64,000 nucleotides of DNA from Orbicella franksi. Its lineage: Eukaryota. How positions within the stretch are numbered: position 1 is the first letter of the stretch; each line of letters opens with the position of its first letter. Shown here one piece after another: positions 1 through 13,105 of this stretch. A model generated the notes under the pieces. It ran no database searches, was not told where the DNA came from, and saw only the letters and a program-made list of their open reading frames with translations. Made by a program: the position numbers and the translations under genes. The stretch lies in contig OZ116699.1 in assembly GCA_964199315.1 (NCBI GenBank), positions 29,636,001 through 29,700,000 on the forward strand, written 5' to 3'.

Positions 1-97
1 CAAATGCAAAGTTACATTGCATAAGCCTGAGGTATGAACTAATTAATTTATCACTTAAGTGGCAGGGATCAGGAAAGTTTTGACTGTCGAGGTACAG

Positions 98-492
98 TTC
101 AGAAGTCGTGCTTCTGCCCTGCCGAACTTAATTACAGTTATGATCAACAGTAGCATGGCAGAAATATCACTCTGATTCAGACATAGTGCCAGAGTTGCAC
201 CAAATTCAGGATTTCCTGAAGCCATGTAACAACTCTCATAACTCCCTTCTGGAACAGAATCTCCCCAAAACACATTAATAATATAATTTACAAAGTTGAC
301 TGGGTGTGGCAGAAGCATGATGTTTGAATCGCTGTCGTGCCAGGGTCTTGTAGCATGGCAGATCTTGTTGAACTTACTGCTAATTGCTTTGCCAAAATTA
401 ATTCAACAGTTTGATTCAGACACCGTGCTTCTGTTGTGTTTTGTCAAATTAATTCGTGAATTAAGTTCTACATGGCAGAAGCACAACATCTG
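98..492. repeat. Diverged direct duplication, period 317 bp
   Basis: ttcaga..cgtgcttctg..ttaatt..catggcagaa..tctga occurs at 98 and 415 with the same internal spacing (catggcagaa at 154 and 471). Confidence 0.45.
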
Positions 493-1129
493 AACTAGGC
501 CTGAATCTGTTTAATATATTTAATGAATCTCCAACATTTTGCATAATCTGATGAGGCTCTGTTTTCATTTACTTCTTTTAAATGGTCTTCTGTGGGGCTC
601 AAAAATCCACGTCTTTCCTTGAGATGATCATAGAGAAATCAGAAAGCTTTTTACAATCAACAATTTCACAAATAACATGGATTTCCATGCTTAGACTAAG
701 AATTTTTAAGGAAACTGTGATCCAAAAATTGGAATTTTCAGAGGAATAGGGAGGGGGATTCAAACCAAAACAAACCTCTCTGTGCTGAGGGGTATTCATA
801 TTTTTTGGAACAACACAATGTGTGCATTTTATATTCTTAGTGTTTCAAGGGCATTTCAGGGAAGCTTTGGGCATCCTGGAAATTTTTCACTGTTTCCTGG
901 GCTTTACAGACATGTACATCTTTTAAATACAGATACAACAGTAGCCTGATTAATTATTGATGAAACCAATAATCAATGCTCTCAATATATAACTGGACTG
1001 AAGTCTAACCCTGTGCATGCTCTTATTGGTTGATATATGATCACACCGCAATGGCTACGTAAATCTTAATGTTGACCAGCAGGTGACAATTAAGCAATTG
1101 TTTCCTGATCTCCCACTAAGCATTTATTA

Positions 1130-1300
1130 TTTAACAAATAAAGGAGCCTAAGCCGTGCATTACACCGTCATAAAACATGACAGGCATTTGAAACCACGAG
1201 GGAAATGCGGCTTGTGTTTTATACATTTCTCGAGTGTTCTCAAATGTCCGGAGTGTTCTATCACAGTGTAAAACATGGCTTAGGCTTCTTGATTTGCTTT
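1130..1300. mobile_element. Short foldback/MITE-like repeat
   Basis: Imperfect inverted arms: aaataaaggagcctaagccgtgcattacac versus gtgtaaaacatggcttaggcttcttgattt. Confidence 0.5.
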
Positions 1301-1500
1301 ATGATTTAGATTTTACACACACGAAACAATAAATCACATTTTTTCTATGCTTTATACTCTGACAAAACATGGGTTTTTGACCAATCAGAGCATGCGGGGT
1401 CCTATCTATATTATAATATAACATGGCACGCACGCTAGTCCTACCTAATTCCCATTGAGCCATCATGAACAAAATCTCTATATACGCACGGCCGTGCATA

Positions 1501-1972
1501 CTGGGGGGGGGGGGGGGGTACTCCCAGAAAAATTGGGTGGGGATGTGCGGCCTGCTTCCCAAAACCCTTACCCTATTTATGACCAAAATCTGCGATATTC
1601 CCTACCCGATTTATGACCTGACCAAAAATTCGAAACCCTATTTATGCCCTAACCCTTAAATCAAAACCCTGTTTCAGACCTGCGTTATAATAAGTTCCCT
1701 AGTTCAGACCAATGTTAAATTACCGTAAACATAGTTTGTGAAGGGATTTTGTTGATTTTCTTTTCGATAATGACAAAAAAGTGGCTTCTTTTTAAAAACA
1801 TACCCATATCAAGGCTAGAGTGCAAAAACCATACCCTATTTATGACCAAAATGGCCAAAATCAGCTAAAATTGATACCCTATTTACGACCAAAACAGCTG
1901 AAAACCCATACCCTTTGGGGCCGCACATACCTATATAGCCCATATAAGGGAGTAACCCCCCCTCCCCCCCGG
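1501..1972. mobile_element. Non-autonomous DNA transposon (MITE) with G/C-run termini
   Basis: Left end (G)n-tactccc, right end gggagta-(C)n-gg. Internal repeated motif ccctatttatgacc. No ORF. Confidence 0.7.
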
Positions 1973-2103
1973 CGTGCGTATATGACATGATGTGTGCAGT
2001 TTCAATTTAGCTGCAAAATTTCCGTCAAGTTTAGTAAAAGTTCCTTTTGTTTAAGTTTAAGACAATTTTAGAAACCAGGTGAAGCGTTTTCATTCAACTG
2101 TTG

Positions 2104-2457
2104 CTTGATTGACTTTGTTTTCCTTCACTGTGAATTGAGAGAAATTTGTAGTCAATCACAAATAAAACATGTTTCAGCACTTAAGTTGTTGTCGCCATGT
2201 TATAAAAGAATGCTTTTAGCTGTGCCTATATCGAGTTATGGATGCACTTAGGAAGTTTGGAGAGCACTCAAGAAGCTAGAGCTTGATTGACTTTGTTTTC
2301 CTTCACTGTGAATTGAGAGAAATTTGTAGTCAATCACAAATAAAACATGTTTCAGCACTTAAGTTGTTATCGCCATGTTATAAAAGAATGCTTTTAGCTG
2401 TGCCTATATCGAGTTATGGATGCACTTAGGAAGTTTGGAGAGCACTCAAGAAGCTAG
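2104..2457. repeat. Tandem duplication of a 177-bp unit
   Basis: 2104-2280 and 2281-2457 are near-identical (gcttgattgactttg...gaagctaga; one g/a difference seen). Confidence 0.9.
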
Positions 2458-2547
2458 AGTTGTACTCAACTATCGCCTCAAGCAACTCTTATGCTTCTTT
2501 TGTGCTCTCCAAACTTCCCACGTGCATCCATAACTCGATATATGCAC
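2400..2547. repeat. Palindromic hairpin-type interspersed repeat
   Basis: gtgcctatatcgagttatggatgcac...gtgcatccataactcgatatatgcac arms. A related copy lies at about 44503-44630. Confidence 0.75.
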
Positions 2548-3510
2548 GCTTAGCATGAACCCATTCTTTAGGTTTCTTTGACTTCTTTATGCCTTATATT
2601 TACTATAACAGTAAACTCCAGCTATATAACAAAACATCCCTTGAGAAACAATTTGTTTTTTTTCCCCTTGAATCTCAACATTTCCCTCGACTTCATCTTG
2701 GGAAACTATGAGCCTCGGAAAAATAAAACTAACTTTTTCCCTCAGGGCCAGTAATTAAGTTTACAAAGTTTCATCAATTAATTGCATGTATGCTGTGATA
2801 AAACTAGAACTGCATGTTTTAACATGCATATTTTTTAATTTTATTAAAACAAAATGTACTGGTTCTCTAGATTATTACTTATAAAGCAAAATAACTCTAA
2901 AATTGTTTGTGGATTAGATCGTTCTGAGAGCATAAACTATTCAGACGTGAAGCGAATAATTAACCAGCAAATCTCAATAATTTTGAGACATTACACGTAA
3001 ATTAGAATATTAGCAAGATTAGCGGCCGGCACAGTAAATTTGCACACGGTTCTCTCTGTCAACAATAAAATCAACTTGTTTGAAGACTTCAATTTAAAGA
3101 ATTAAATATATTTATTAGGAGTCTTTGAAAATTATCAGTGGCTAAAAGCCTAAATATTGGGTTTAATCAAAACAAACAAACAGATCAAACTACATGTAGT
3201 TCCCATCTTGCCCTTGATCATAAGCGCCATTATTTACGTTTTGCCTACATACACAAACCGATAAGCATAAAGAATCATCAATTATGTTTGATCCATTGAA
3301 CTTTCAAAAGCCCTCAACAAACTTTTCATCCTTCTAGTTTACCGGCAAAAAAAAAATTCCCTCATGATTTTCCTGTTGATCGATGGTTTATCAAATTCTA
3401 AGGTTTTTGTTTATCCAAGTTAACGCAGCATGCTTTCAATGAACAATCAACAAAACGTGCACAAAGCTACGTACCAATTCCTTCTAGTGTCTTGCTAAAA
3501 ATTCACTCAC

Positions 3511-3750
3511 CTCATCACCTCTGTTTCCTTTCTCTTGACCCTCTTCCAAAGATTTTTCTGATCTTCTACTTACAAGTGAAGTAAAAGAGCCTTCGGATAT
3601 GAGCGGTAAACTCGGACAATTCCTTGACCTTGCCGCTTCATCATCTTTCGCATCTGATTTGTTCACAATTCTAATCCCGTGCACACCGTTAGAGCCATAA
3701 ATGTGCTTAGTAGTAATTCCAAACGGTCCACTTGCTATTGAAGGAAGCAT
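3511..3750 (-). CDS. Putative first coding exon of an unidentified gene divergent from TYMP (80 codons, MLPSIASGPFG...GNRGDE)
   Basis: Open frame from ATG 3750 to a strong donor GAG|GTGAGT at 3511, with an upstream acceptor aaacag| at 3768. No family recognised. Downstream exon uncertain. Confidence 0.35.
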
Positions 3751-4448
3751 GAGGAGCAAAATATTGCCTGTTTAGGCTATATTGAGCGGGAAAGCTGATG
3801 AAAGTGCAATAAATCAAACTCTCTACTTCCATGGAGACGACCACAGCACACAAAAAAACGCGCGCCGCGCAATAAAGATTGTAGTTCTCAAGCCCTTTAG
3901 CACTCAGTAACTACAGCATTCGTTTTCCTTTCCAATAGTTATCACAATTTGAAGAGAAATGTCGAAAAGGCTCTCAGTGAGCCGCGTGGACTGTTACATG
4001 TAATTATCCAAGATTCTTTCAGTGTTGTTGACGTCTATGAACTTGATCAAGTCTAAGTGGGAACGAGGAGGGCAAGAGGGAGGAGGGAGTGGGGTAATAA
4101 CATAACTAGCAGTTAATATCGAAGATTTTACGATATCTTTAAAAAGGTTAATTCAATTTCTACGTTCCTCTAAGAGAAAAGTGATCCGATAATAATCATA
4201 TTCCAGTAAGCAAGAAAAGATAGAGAAAAGGAGAAAGTAAGGTGAGATAAAGTCCAGGGGTAGGGTGGGGAAGTGAAAGTGAGAGATTAATTGCTTCCCA
4301 TGAAGTTACTCATGCGAAACAGGAAAGCGTCTTTGGTCTCCACTTGGGACGCATAGAAGTTGAGGACTGAGGGGTTCTATTTTTCTTGTGATATTTGGGA
4401 TTTGAAAGCTGAGAAACTCTACTCTTCGCAGCTTGGAGAGTACTCAAA

Positions 4449-7400
4449 ATGTCTTGTGAATATCGAATGCCAGACCTGATAAGTAAAAAGAGGGACGGAG
4501 ACGAGCTATCAGAAGCCGAAATAAACCACTTCGTGACGTCTGCAACGAACGGTGCTTGTGAAAGTCAGATCGGCGCAATGCTCATGGCCATGTACTTGAA
4601 GGGACTGAACCGCGATGAAACTTTGAGTCTTACAAAGGCAATGCTTTCGTCTGGAATCACTTTGCAGTGGCCTGAAGGATGGCAAGGCAATGTTGCAGAT
4701 AAACATTCTACAGGAGGGGTTGGTGACAAAGTCAGTCTCGCGCTGACTCCAGCTTTAGCGGTCTGCGGAGTAAAAGTGCCGATGATTTCAGGCCGTGGTC
4801 TAGGCCACACTGGTATGTTTTCAGTCTTCTTAAAGGTTCAGTTGTACGATTTGTGACATTTGTTTTTGTAAGATTTTATTCCTTTTGTCTCGACCTGCAT
4901 TAATTGACCTGAACGTATGCATCACTGGTAACGTAAACCGGCAACATAACACTTGTATATTGTTTATTTGTATCTAATATTGTGTGGCTTTTTGAACTGT
5001 GAGCGGCTTTACGATTCTTGTCGTCTTGCTGTGCTTTCGGAAGGAAGCGACAATTTGCTGATGAAGTCTTTGTTATTTTAAAACTGGCCTGTTCGTACAT
5101 GGAGGGGTGGCAGGGGGACGCAACTAATGGGGACGGGTTGTCACATCTGACCTTCGTTGTCAACACGCTGGTTCATTTGTGATATCTATCGAGTTTTGTT
5201 GTGTTGTGAGTTAACAAGGGGTTATGTTCAGGCGAAACTGACAAATTATCTCCCTGATTGACATCTTCAAGTGAAGTTTATTTAATAGACCCAAGATGCG
5301 CAGTTTTACATTTTGTGTGTACGTGTCTGCACGAGTCTGTTTTTTGTGTAACATGCTTTTTTTCCGGCTCACCGATCATGCGTGAATCCTTTTGTTTTTC
5401 GGTAGTGAATTTTTATATTGGTTCAAGTGTCCTTACAGGATATAATTTTTCAAAATCACCCCCTCCCACCCGAAAAGTCAAATGGTCCACACCTTAGAGG
5501 TTGTCACTGGGGCGGGGCATTTGCCAACGGGGGGGAATTTGCCTCAAAGTCAAGGTTAAGCTAGAAAAATCATCAACAGACAAACACAGTTCTTTGCAAC
5601 TTTGTGGCTCAAAAAGAAAAGGCATTCAAAGGCTTTGTGGTGAGTTTGAAGATAAAATTCAGTAAACAGCTCTGCATTTTAAAATTTAATTATGCCCAAT
5701 TGTTCAAAGTGGGTGTTCCTATGGTGTTCCGGAGGTGGGGGAATTTGATCACCTAGTATGACCCTTAGGTGGGGCATTTGAACACCATTTTTAGGCAGGG
5801 GGGGGGGGGGGGTTGGAAACTTGACCAAACAAAAATTTAAGATGTCAAAGCCCTGGGGCTGCCTGCAGGGAGGGTGTTGAACTTTTGAATTGACTGGGCA
5901 TAGTAGACTGACATACCATAAATCCTTGAATAAGCACCCTCTTCAAATAAGTGCCCCTCCTATTGGCCAAAATTTAAACTAAGTGCCTCCCTCCCCTCGC
6001 CCCATTTTGTGGACGAGTAATGAGACAACAAAGGATGTATAGTTTTTGTCATTAAGCATCAGATTTGCTTCAGTTTGTGAACACGTTAAGTGAACACATT
6101 GAACACATTAAGTACTAACGGTGCCACAACTTAAACTTTAAAATCAGCTTTTTATGTCAATAAGCAGCTTATGTTGCTGTTTATGTGCAGATGTATTAAA
6201 AAAATGATCATGTCAGGCCACGATTTAAGAAAAATTAAATAAGCCCCCTCCCTCTCCCCCCCCCCCCCTTCTCTTAAATTTGAAATAAGCACCCCGGGCA
6301 CTAATTCGAGTATTTACGGTAAAGCTTTTCAGAGTCTGTTGAAAAGCCTTGATAGACTTGAGAAATTGCATCATCATTACATAGTTTCTTTACCAGTATG
6401 TGAAATTAATCATGAACTAATTAATATAATTTATAATTTTATTTAGGTGGAACCCTTGACAAGCTAGAGTCAATACCAGGCTTCCAAGTGAATCTGGACT
6501 CCAAACAGATGTGCAGTGTTTTGGGAAAAGTTGGTTGCTGTATTGTAGGTCAGACAGAGGCACTGGTCCCGGCTGATCGCGTACTGTATGGTATAAGAGA
6601 TGTCACAGCAACAGTAGATTCAATGCCTTTGATAACAAGTTCTATCTTATCAAAGAAAGCAGCTGGTGAGCAACTTCTTATATTAGAATGGTTTTCAATA
6701 AGTGCAAAATTAAAAAAAAAAGTTGCTTTGGCTCAAGTGCTATGATTATTATTCATTATTATAAGTATTACTATTATTATTTATTATTTTTTTATTGATT
6801 TACTTTTTTGAGGCTCCATTGATAACTTCTTACTAGTAAACATTAGTTTTATTCTTTTGCTTTAATTGACTGACTGGGAGGGCTGGACAGGAAAATACTT
6901 GACTTGGTCATGAAGTCCATGCAAAATAAGCAGAAGCCCTATTACAGTATCTCATCCAGCTTGACCTAATTAGGTCATTATTTTCTCACAACACCTTTCT
7001 TGACATTTTTTTTGGGAAATTGTAAACCTGTGTTGATGAATGTTCTGCGTTGTATGGTATGAGCTTGCTCTCAACGTGGCTTGCTCTCAACGTGTGCAGG
7101 GCTGGTGAACTTTTTCTGTAGGCTGACTAACATCAACCCATCCTACCTGACACCTGTATGTTACTAACAATTGCACGATTGTAGGATTGTATCAGCAGTG
7201 CTGTATAAAGAAATATATGCATTTTAAGGTAGAATAAGAAAATGAAATGTTTAAGTTTTTAATCTCAGTTATTTAGATACCAGTGACCCTAAACATGTTT
7301 CCCCTTTCGTCACACTAGAAAACCTATCCGCTTTAGTGATGGATGTGAAGTTTGGCAAAGCAGCCTTTGCCAAAACAGAAGAGAGGGCTCAAGCCCTTGC

Positions 7401-8738
7401 ACATACTCTGGTTGGTACGTGCTTTGGTTTGGGTATCAAGGCAGTTGCCCTTATCACTAGTATGGATGCCCCTCTAGGAAGAGCAGTGGGGAATTCTGTG
7501 GAAGTGGCAGAAGCTATCAGTTGTTTGAATGGAAAGGGTCCTGAAGACTTGAAGGAACTAGTGTGTGAAGAAGGCAAGTTGATTTGGATTCAAACTTTTC
7601 AGTAATAATTAAATGAAAGAAAGTCATCACACAATAAAACACAAATCTTTATGTTTAAATAAATTTTGCTAAATCTGTAGTGTTGTCTCAATGTNNNNNN
7701 NNNNNNNNNNNNNNNNNNNNNNNNNNNNNNNNNNNNNNNNNNNNNNNNNNNNNNNNNNNNNNNNNNNNNNNNNNNNNNNNNNNNNNNNNNNNNNNNNNNN
7801 NNNNNNNNNNNNNNNNNNNNNNNNNNNNNNNNNNNNNNNNNNNNNNNNNNNNNNNNNTCAATACTTGGCTTCAGCTCATAATGACAATTCTTGTTTGACC
7901 CAGACTTCTTGGACACTCCATATGGTGTACAAAATGTGTTAGATTCACATGGTACCAAAGCAATGCTAATTCCAGTGAGCCCATTTAGCAGGCTCTTTTT
8001 GGGTGACCCTCGTGTGCTTGATGCTTTCATGTACCTCTAAGACCACTTGTACTAGCTGTTATTGTGAACAAACATATGTAACTACCTTTGGGAAGCCATG
8101 ATGCATGTCGTATGTGTAATCATTGCTAAAAGTAACTTTCATATGCAACATATTACTTATTATATTAATCAAATTCAATTTTTTTACATTTAGGTGGTCA
8201 TCTTCTTCATGCTTTAAATAAAGTGGAATCAGAGGAAGCTGGAAAGAAACTCATTGCTGACAGCTTGGAAAATGGAAAAGCTTTACAAAAATTCTGTGAC
8301 ATGATAATAGCTCAAGGTGTCAAACCAGAAGTGGCACAGAAGCTTTGTGCAGCTGGCGCAGACCCCTTCAGTATCCTACCTCTTGCTTCTAAAAAATTAG
8401 AGCTTGTTGCCGAAAAGAGCGGCATTGTATCTGGAATTGATGCACTTGTAATGGCAAAAGTAACCCATGAGCTTGGTGCTGGAAGAATTACTGCCACAGA
8501 CAAAGTTGATTATGGAGTTGGTTTGGTATTGGGTGTACGTGTTGGTCAGTTTGTTAATAAAGGTGACAAATGGGTTACAGTCTACCACAATGGCAACCTT
8601 GGTGATTTGCAAAAAGCCTCATTGGAAAAGGCTCTGGAGGTTGATGAAAATGGTGGTACAGTAGACCTTCCAGCTGCATCAAGAATTATTGACGTCATTG
8701 ACAGCAAAAGGCGTCGTTCTATTTTTGTTTGTCAGTAG
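4449..8738 (+). CDS. TYMP: Thymidine phosphorylase (460 aa), 4 exons
   Basis: Exons 4449-4812, 6447-6665, 7319-7573, 8194-8738 join in frame (1383 nt). Family motifs [44 protein letters not shown] and LVMDVKFG are present. Intron 3 is GC-AG. Confidence 0.96.
5916..6319. mobile_element. Tc1/mariner (pogo-like) MITE in TYMP intron 1
   Basis: TA|ccataaatccttgaataagcaccc ... gggcactaattcgagtatttacgg|TA: imperfect TIRs with a TA duplication. Confidence 0.75.
7695..7857. other. Assembly gap (163 N) in TYMP intron 3
   Basis: Run of N. The TYMP protein is continuous across the flanking exons, so no exon appears to be missing. Confidence 0.98.
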
Positions 8739-10548
8739 AGAATTTTTAGCAGTCAGGAAATTTTTTATGTCTAAAATGAGGGTTCAGAATTTCAGATTTC
8801 ATCATTTCTTCATTTCTTATAATATATAATTTATTATAATCACTCATCACAATTTAGATGCCTGTATCAAGGAATGTGGGTGGAATATAGGAAGCATTGT
8901 AATATGGTTACATCAGTTTGATACATGAATAATTTATAATTGTTATGAGTTTCTTTTTACTTCTTTTTATCAACTTCGGATGAAGTAGTAGAATAAAATT
9001 TAATAATCTGAAGGTAATTTTTTGAAAGCAATTTTAGTTACATCTTTGTTCACCCTGGTGTTCCATGCACTAAGCTTTTTTAAGCATACATAGTACAGTT
9101 CTAATAAGATTCTGGCACTATCAATATTGGGACTGTAAGGATGGTTCACATAGCAAATATGGATAAATGATTGCCTTCTTTTGTCCAAGCAGAACCTAAA
9201 ATCCAGTGTAAGGTACAAATTTGGCCTTTGCTCAATATTTAACCAATTATTAGAAAGCTATGCTGTATTTATACTGACAGCTGCCTAGGTGAATTTGATA
9301 TGTACAGGTGCATTGTTTCATTCATGGTGATAACAAAGAAGTCGCAAACAAACAAACAAAGAAGTGGAATTCTCACGAAAGTCTCATTACAATAATTATT
9401 GTTACTGGTGGGGTTACAAAGTTAATAATAAAATTTGTGGTGTCCTTTTCCCCATCAAAATGGCAGCCTCATCCATAAATTGCAGTCACTTAAAAATAAT
9501 ATAATATAATATAAATGGAAATGATGTTTAAATATTGCAGCATTATGATTATTATCATAATTAATGACTTTTATTGTGTCACAAAGGAAGTATACCAGTA
9601 ATCCCCTAGAAAAGATTGCTTTTAACACCATGATTGTTCTGTGGTTTTACATGATTGTATAATAATTATCTTTAAGTTCATGAGAAGTTGTCATTTGTAA
9701 TTTAGTGTTAAATTTGGAGTGTAATAATGTGAAATAAAGTCAAAATCACAAAAAACATTTACTAGACTTCCTTTACTTACATGAAATCTATATGTTATAA
9801 GTAAATGTACACACATTAACATCTTTTATTTCTTGACTTATTTCTTTTTCCCTTTTGGGTAATGAGGAACTTCCTTGTCATTAAATTATGAATCAATGTT
9901 TCTTCTTGGTAAAGTTGTGTCAATTTTCTTTTTTTAAAATAGTATTTGTTGGAAAAGCCACGATAAACATTAAGTTGTTGGAATCAAATATCTACTTGCC
10001 CCAAACAATGGGACAGAGGTTTTGGTGTACCTTGACTCCATGATTAAGTTAATCCTGCATGATTCATGTCAACTACCTATAACTTTACGTTTATATGTTG
10101 ATTTCTTTTGTTTGTTTTTGTTGTTTTGCATTGGCAGGTCTCCAGCTGCAGGTAAATTACTGAATCAAAATAACTTATTCTTAATAAACAAGAGGAATAA
10201 GACCTCAAGTGATCAACTTTACATTCCAAATAGTGTTAATTTGCTTAAAAACATGCACATGATGCAGGCCTGGTAAGTTTATTTCTTAACCCAAATCCCA
10301 TGGTGATCTGACTCTTTCTTATGACCTAACTGCCCAGGGTGTATCAATACCTTAAGGAGATATCCAGTACCAATCATTATCTTTCATAACAATAGCCTTC
10401 ATTTCACACACTGGTAAGATAATTCACCCTTTATTTGGCAATTACCACTGACACATTGGAGTTACAAATCCAATAACAAGAATTTTTATTCACAAAAAAG
10501 AGGCACAACAATTGCAAAGTTTGAATGTTATAAATCACACTTGCATTC

Positions 10549-13069
10549 TCATGCTGGTGTCATGGCTTTTAGATCTTTTATACACTGGCTAACACTGTCT
10601 TTTTCCTGTGTAAAGATAGATAGATAGATAAATAAATAAATAATAAATAAATACATCAATTATGGTTTCTTTACAAATAGCTAGAATAAACAGCAGTCTT
10701 GAAATTAATGCAGGATAAATGTACCAGAAAGGCAACGTCCCAGAAAGTTATTTGACAATGATGTCAAAACATTTGAAAAACATAATAAGACTAACCATGG
10801 TAATGTTCATGACATTATTCTTAAAAGCTCTATGCATTTTTGGGAAAGGGGTCTATCGCTAAACTGTAGCAAACTTTCTGGAGAACAAGACCTTGCAGTG
10901 GTTTTGAACCATTGCTGACCCTCTGTGAAGGCAAGCAAGAAACCAAACAAACAAATGACAATTTTTAAAAATAGGGTAACAAGTAATTTCTTGTGCTTTA
11001 GGCATTTTCAGTTTTCTTTGAATGTACAGTGCATCACTACCAAGATTATCTGGATTTTAATTCTAATGCCTATGTTCATCACAAATATAGCTAAGAAAAC
11101 ACTAAGCTGGCTCTTTTTTAAAAATTAAAACAAATGCAGTCAGCTTTTTAGCTTCCAAAGTTACACCTTTTTTTTTAATTAAAACAAATGTAGTCAGCTT
11201 TTTAGCTTCCAAAGTTACACCAAGTCTTTGTTTTTGTGTGAAATATCATCTGGATTTAAGTTCTCTTTCAGTCAATGAAATTAGGCAACAGCCAGGCCTT
11301 AGCTGCATCCCAGGATCACAAATTACTATAACTCAGGAATCAAACGGGGCTAAAAAAATTTAGGATTATGTTACGCAAAAAGCACCTCAACATAAAGACA
11401 AAACATAAACTTACATGCACAATGTATAGTAACAATGTTATGACTTTTAGCTAGACATACCAGTTGAGGTGTAATACTCTTCACAACTTCTTGTTCCACC
11501 CAGTCAATTATGTGATCTTGTTCAGTCTTTTGCTGGAAAGCTTCCATTTCTGCTTGGTAATCCTGTGCAGCGAACAAACATTTTTAACTTAAAGCTTACA
11601 GTAATTCATTTTTTTTTTGTTAAACTCATTAACAATCAACAAGTAATAAACAAAAGAAATTATAAGAAGTTTATGGCATTTTGAATGTGTTCTTAATGTA
11701 AGCATAATTTCTTTATGAATTTCTTTTGCCACTGTTGCTTTTATTTTAGTTTCCATTATGAAACACTGTCTCAATTAAAAGACCTTATAACTTTTGTATT
11801 TGCTTGCCTGCCTTTGAAACAGTGATGAAACACTGTCTCATGAGTGATACAAAACTAGAAATTATTCATTATTTGTAGAACTGGTCAGAGTCCAATGCCA
11901 CCAAGGCAACATCTAGAAGGAATGAAAGACCTGCAGAAGATTCTTACCAAACGTTTCTTGACCTCCCTGACAACTTCATGAAGCCTGTTACGGTACTCCA
12001 CCTCCAAAGACATTGCATTGTTTTCCTTCAACAAAACAGTTATTTTATAAACTGACTTATCTGTCAAATTATAAGTGTACCACTGCAGGCTAAAGTACAG
12101 GTCTAGATCACATTTTATAGCTGTAGATCTAACAGGAGAAATAGCCAGCTAGAAAGTGCCATTATACGGTGTACCAACACATGTATGACTAATTCTCCAA
12201 AACAAGATTTACATCAAAGCTTGGCAAAGAAAAAATAAAGAGCTTTGGAGTGTACACTGTACAAGGAGTGACATGATGCAGTTCTTGGTGCAAATAATGG
12301 TAAGACTAAAATACACTGTAAAAAATAGTCCCGGCAGATTGTTTAAGGTACATGTAGCCTTGAAACCAACAACACTGTACATAGTTAAGTAGTTTAGGTA
12401 TATGACCTTACCCTCATAACTTCCACGATGTCCTTTCTTGCAGTGAGCATATACTCAATTTTCTTCTCTTCCTCTATTGCTTTTGTCAAAACCTCAATTT
12501 GACTGTTCCGACCTTCATTGTACAAATCCAAGATTTCCTGTCAAAGAAGTGTTTTCAAACATGCATTATGGCACTTTTCAAAATTACAGAAAAATGTGCC
12601 ACTACAGTTAAGCTGGGGTCACTCCTGAAAGTACAAGTAACCTAAACCAGTGTTAACTTTTTAACACTGCAAAAGAACAGAACATATTGTACAAATGATG
12701 CTGCCAACTTTTTCAAACCAAATTTCAGATATCAAGAGAAGCAAATCTTCTAGGTAAATGGAACATTCAAGCAAACACAGTTTGATATTCCATTTGGTTT
12801 CGGGCGAGACAATTCATTTGACTGTCCAATCTTAGAAAAGCAAAAACTGATGGTCTAGCCCAGATACACCTGTAAGTGTTGCATGTACATTGTACCAACC
12901 TGACTTCTGTCATCCAGCATGTCTGTGATTGGTTGGGAAATCCTCAAGTAAAGGGCATACACAGTGGCTGCCATAACAACGCCAAGAAGAGTCTGCAAAA
13001 CAATATTAAAGCAGAGTAACCATGACTGGATGCACTTTATCCAGCCTAAGCTATCAGACAGACAGACTT

Positions 13070-13105
<36 letters not shown>

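Noticed and set aside
55-493. ORFs 55-318 (-) and 296-493 (+) as genes
   Set aside because: No recognisable family, in-frame stops just upstream, and no convincing splice partners.
7599-8030. ORFs spanning the N gap
   Set aside because: Artefacts of translating N as X.
4449-8738. Recent horizontal transfer of a bacterial pyrimidine-nucleoside phosphorylase
   Set aside because: The gene has three spliceosomal introns, and thymidine phosphorylase is an established animal gene; nothing here indicates recent transfer.
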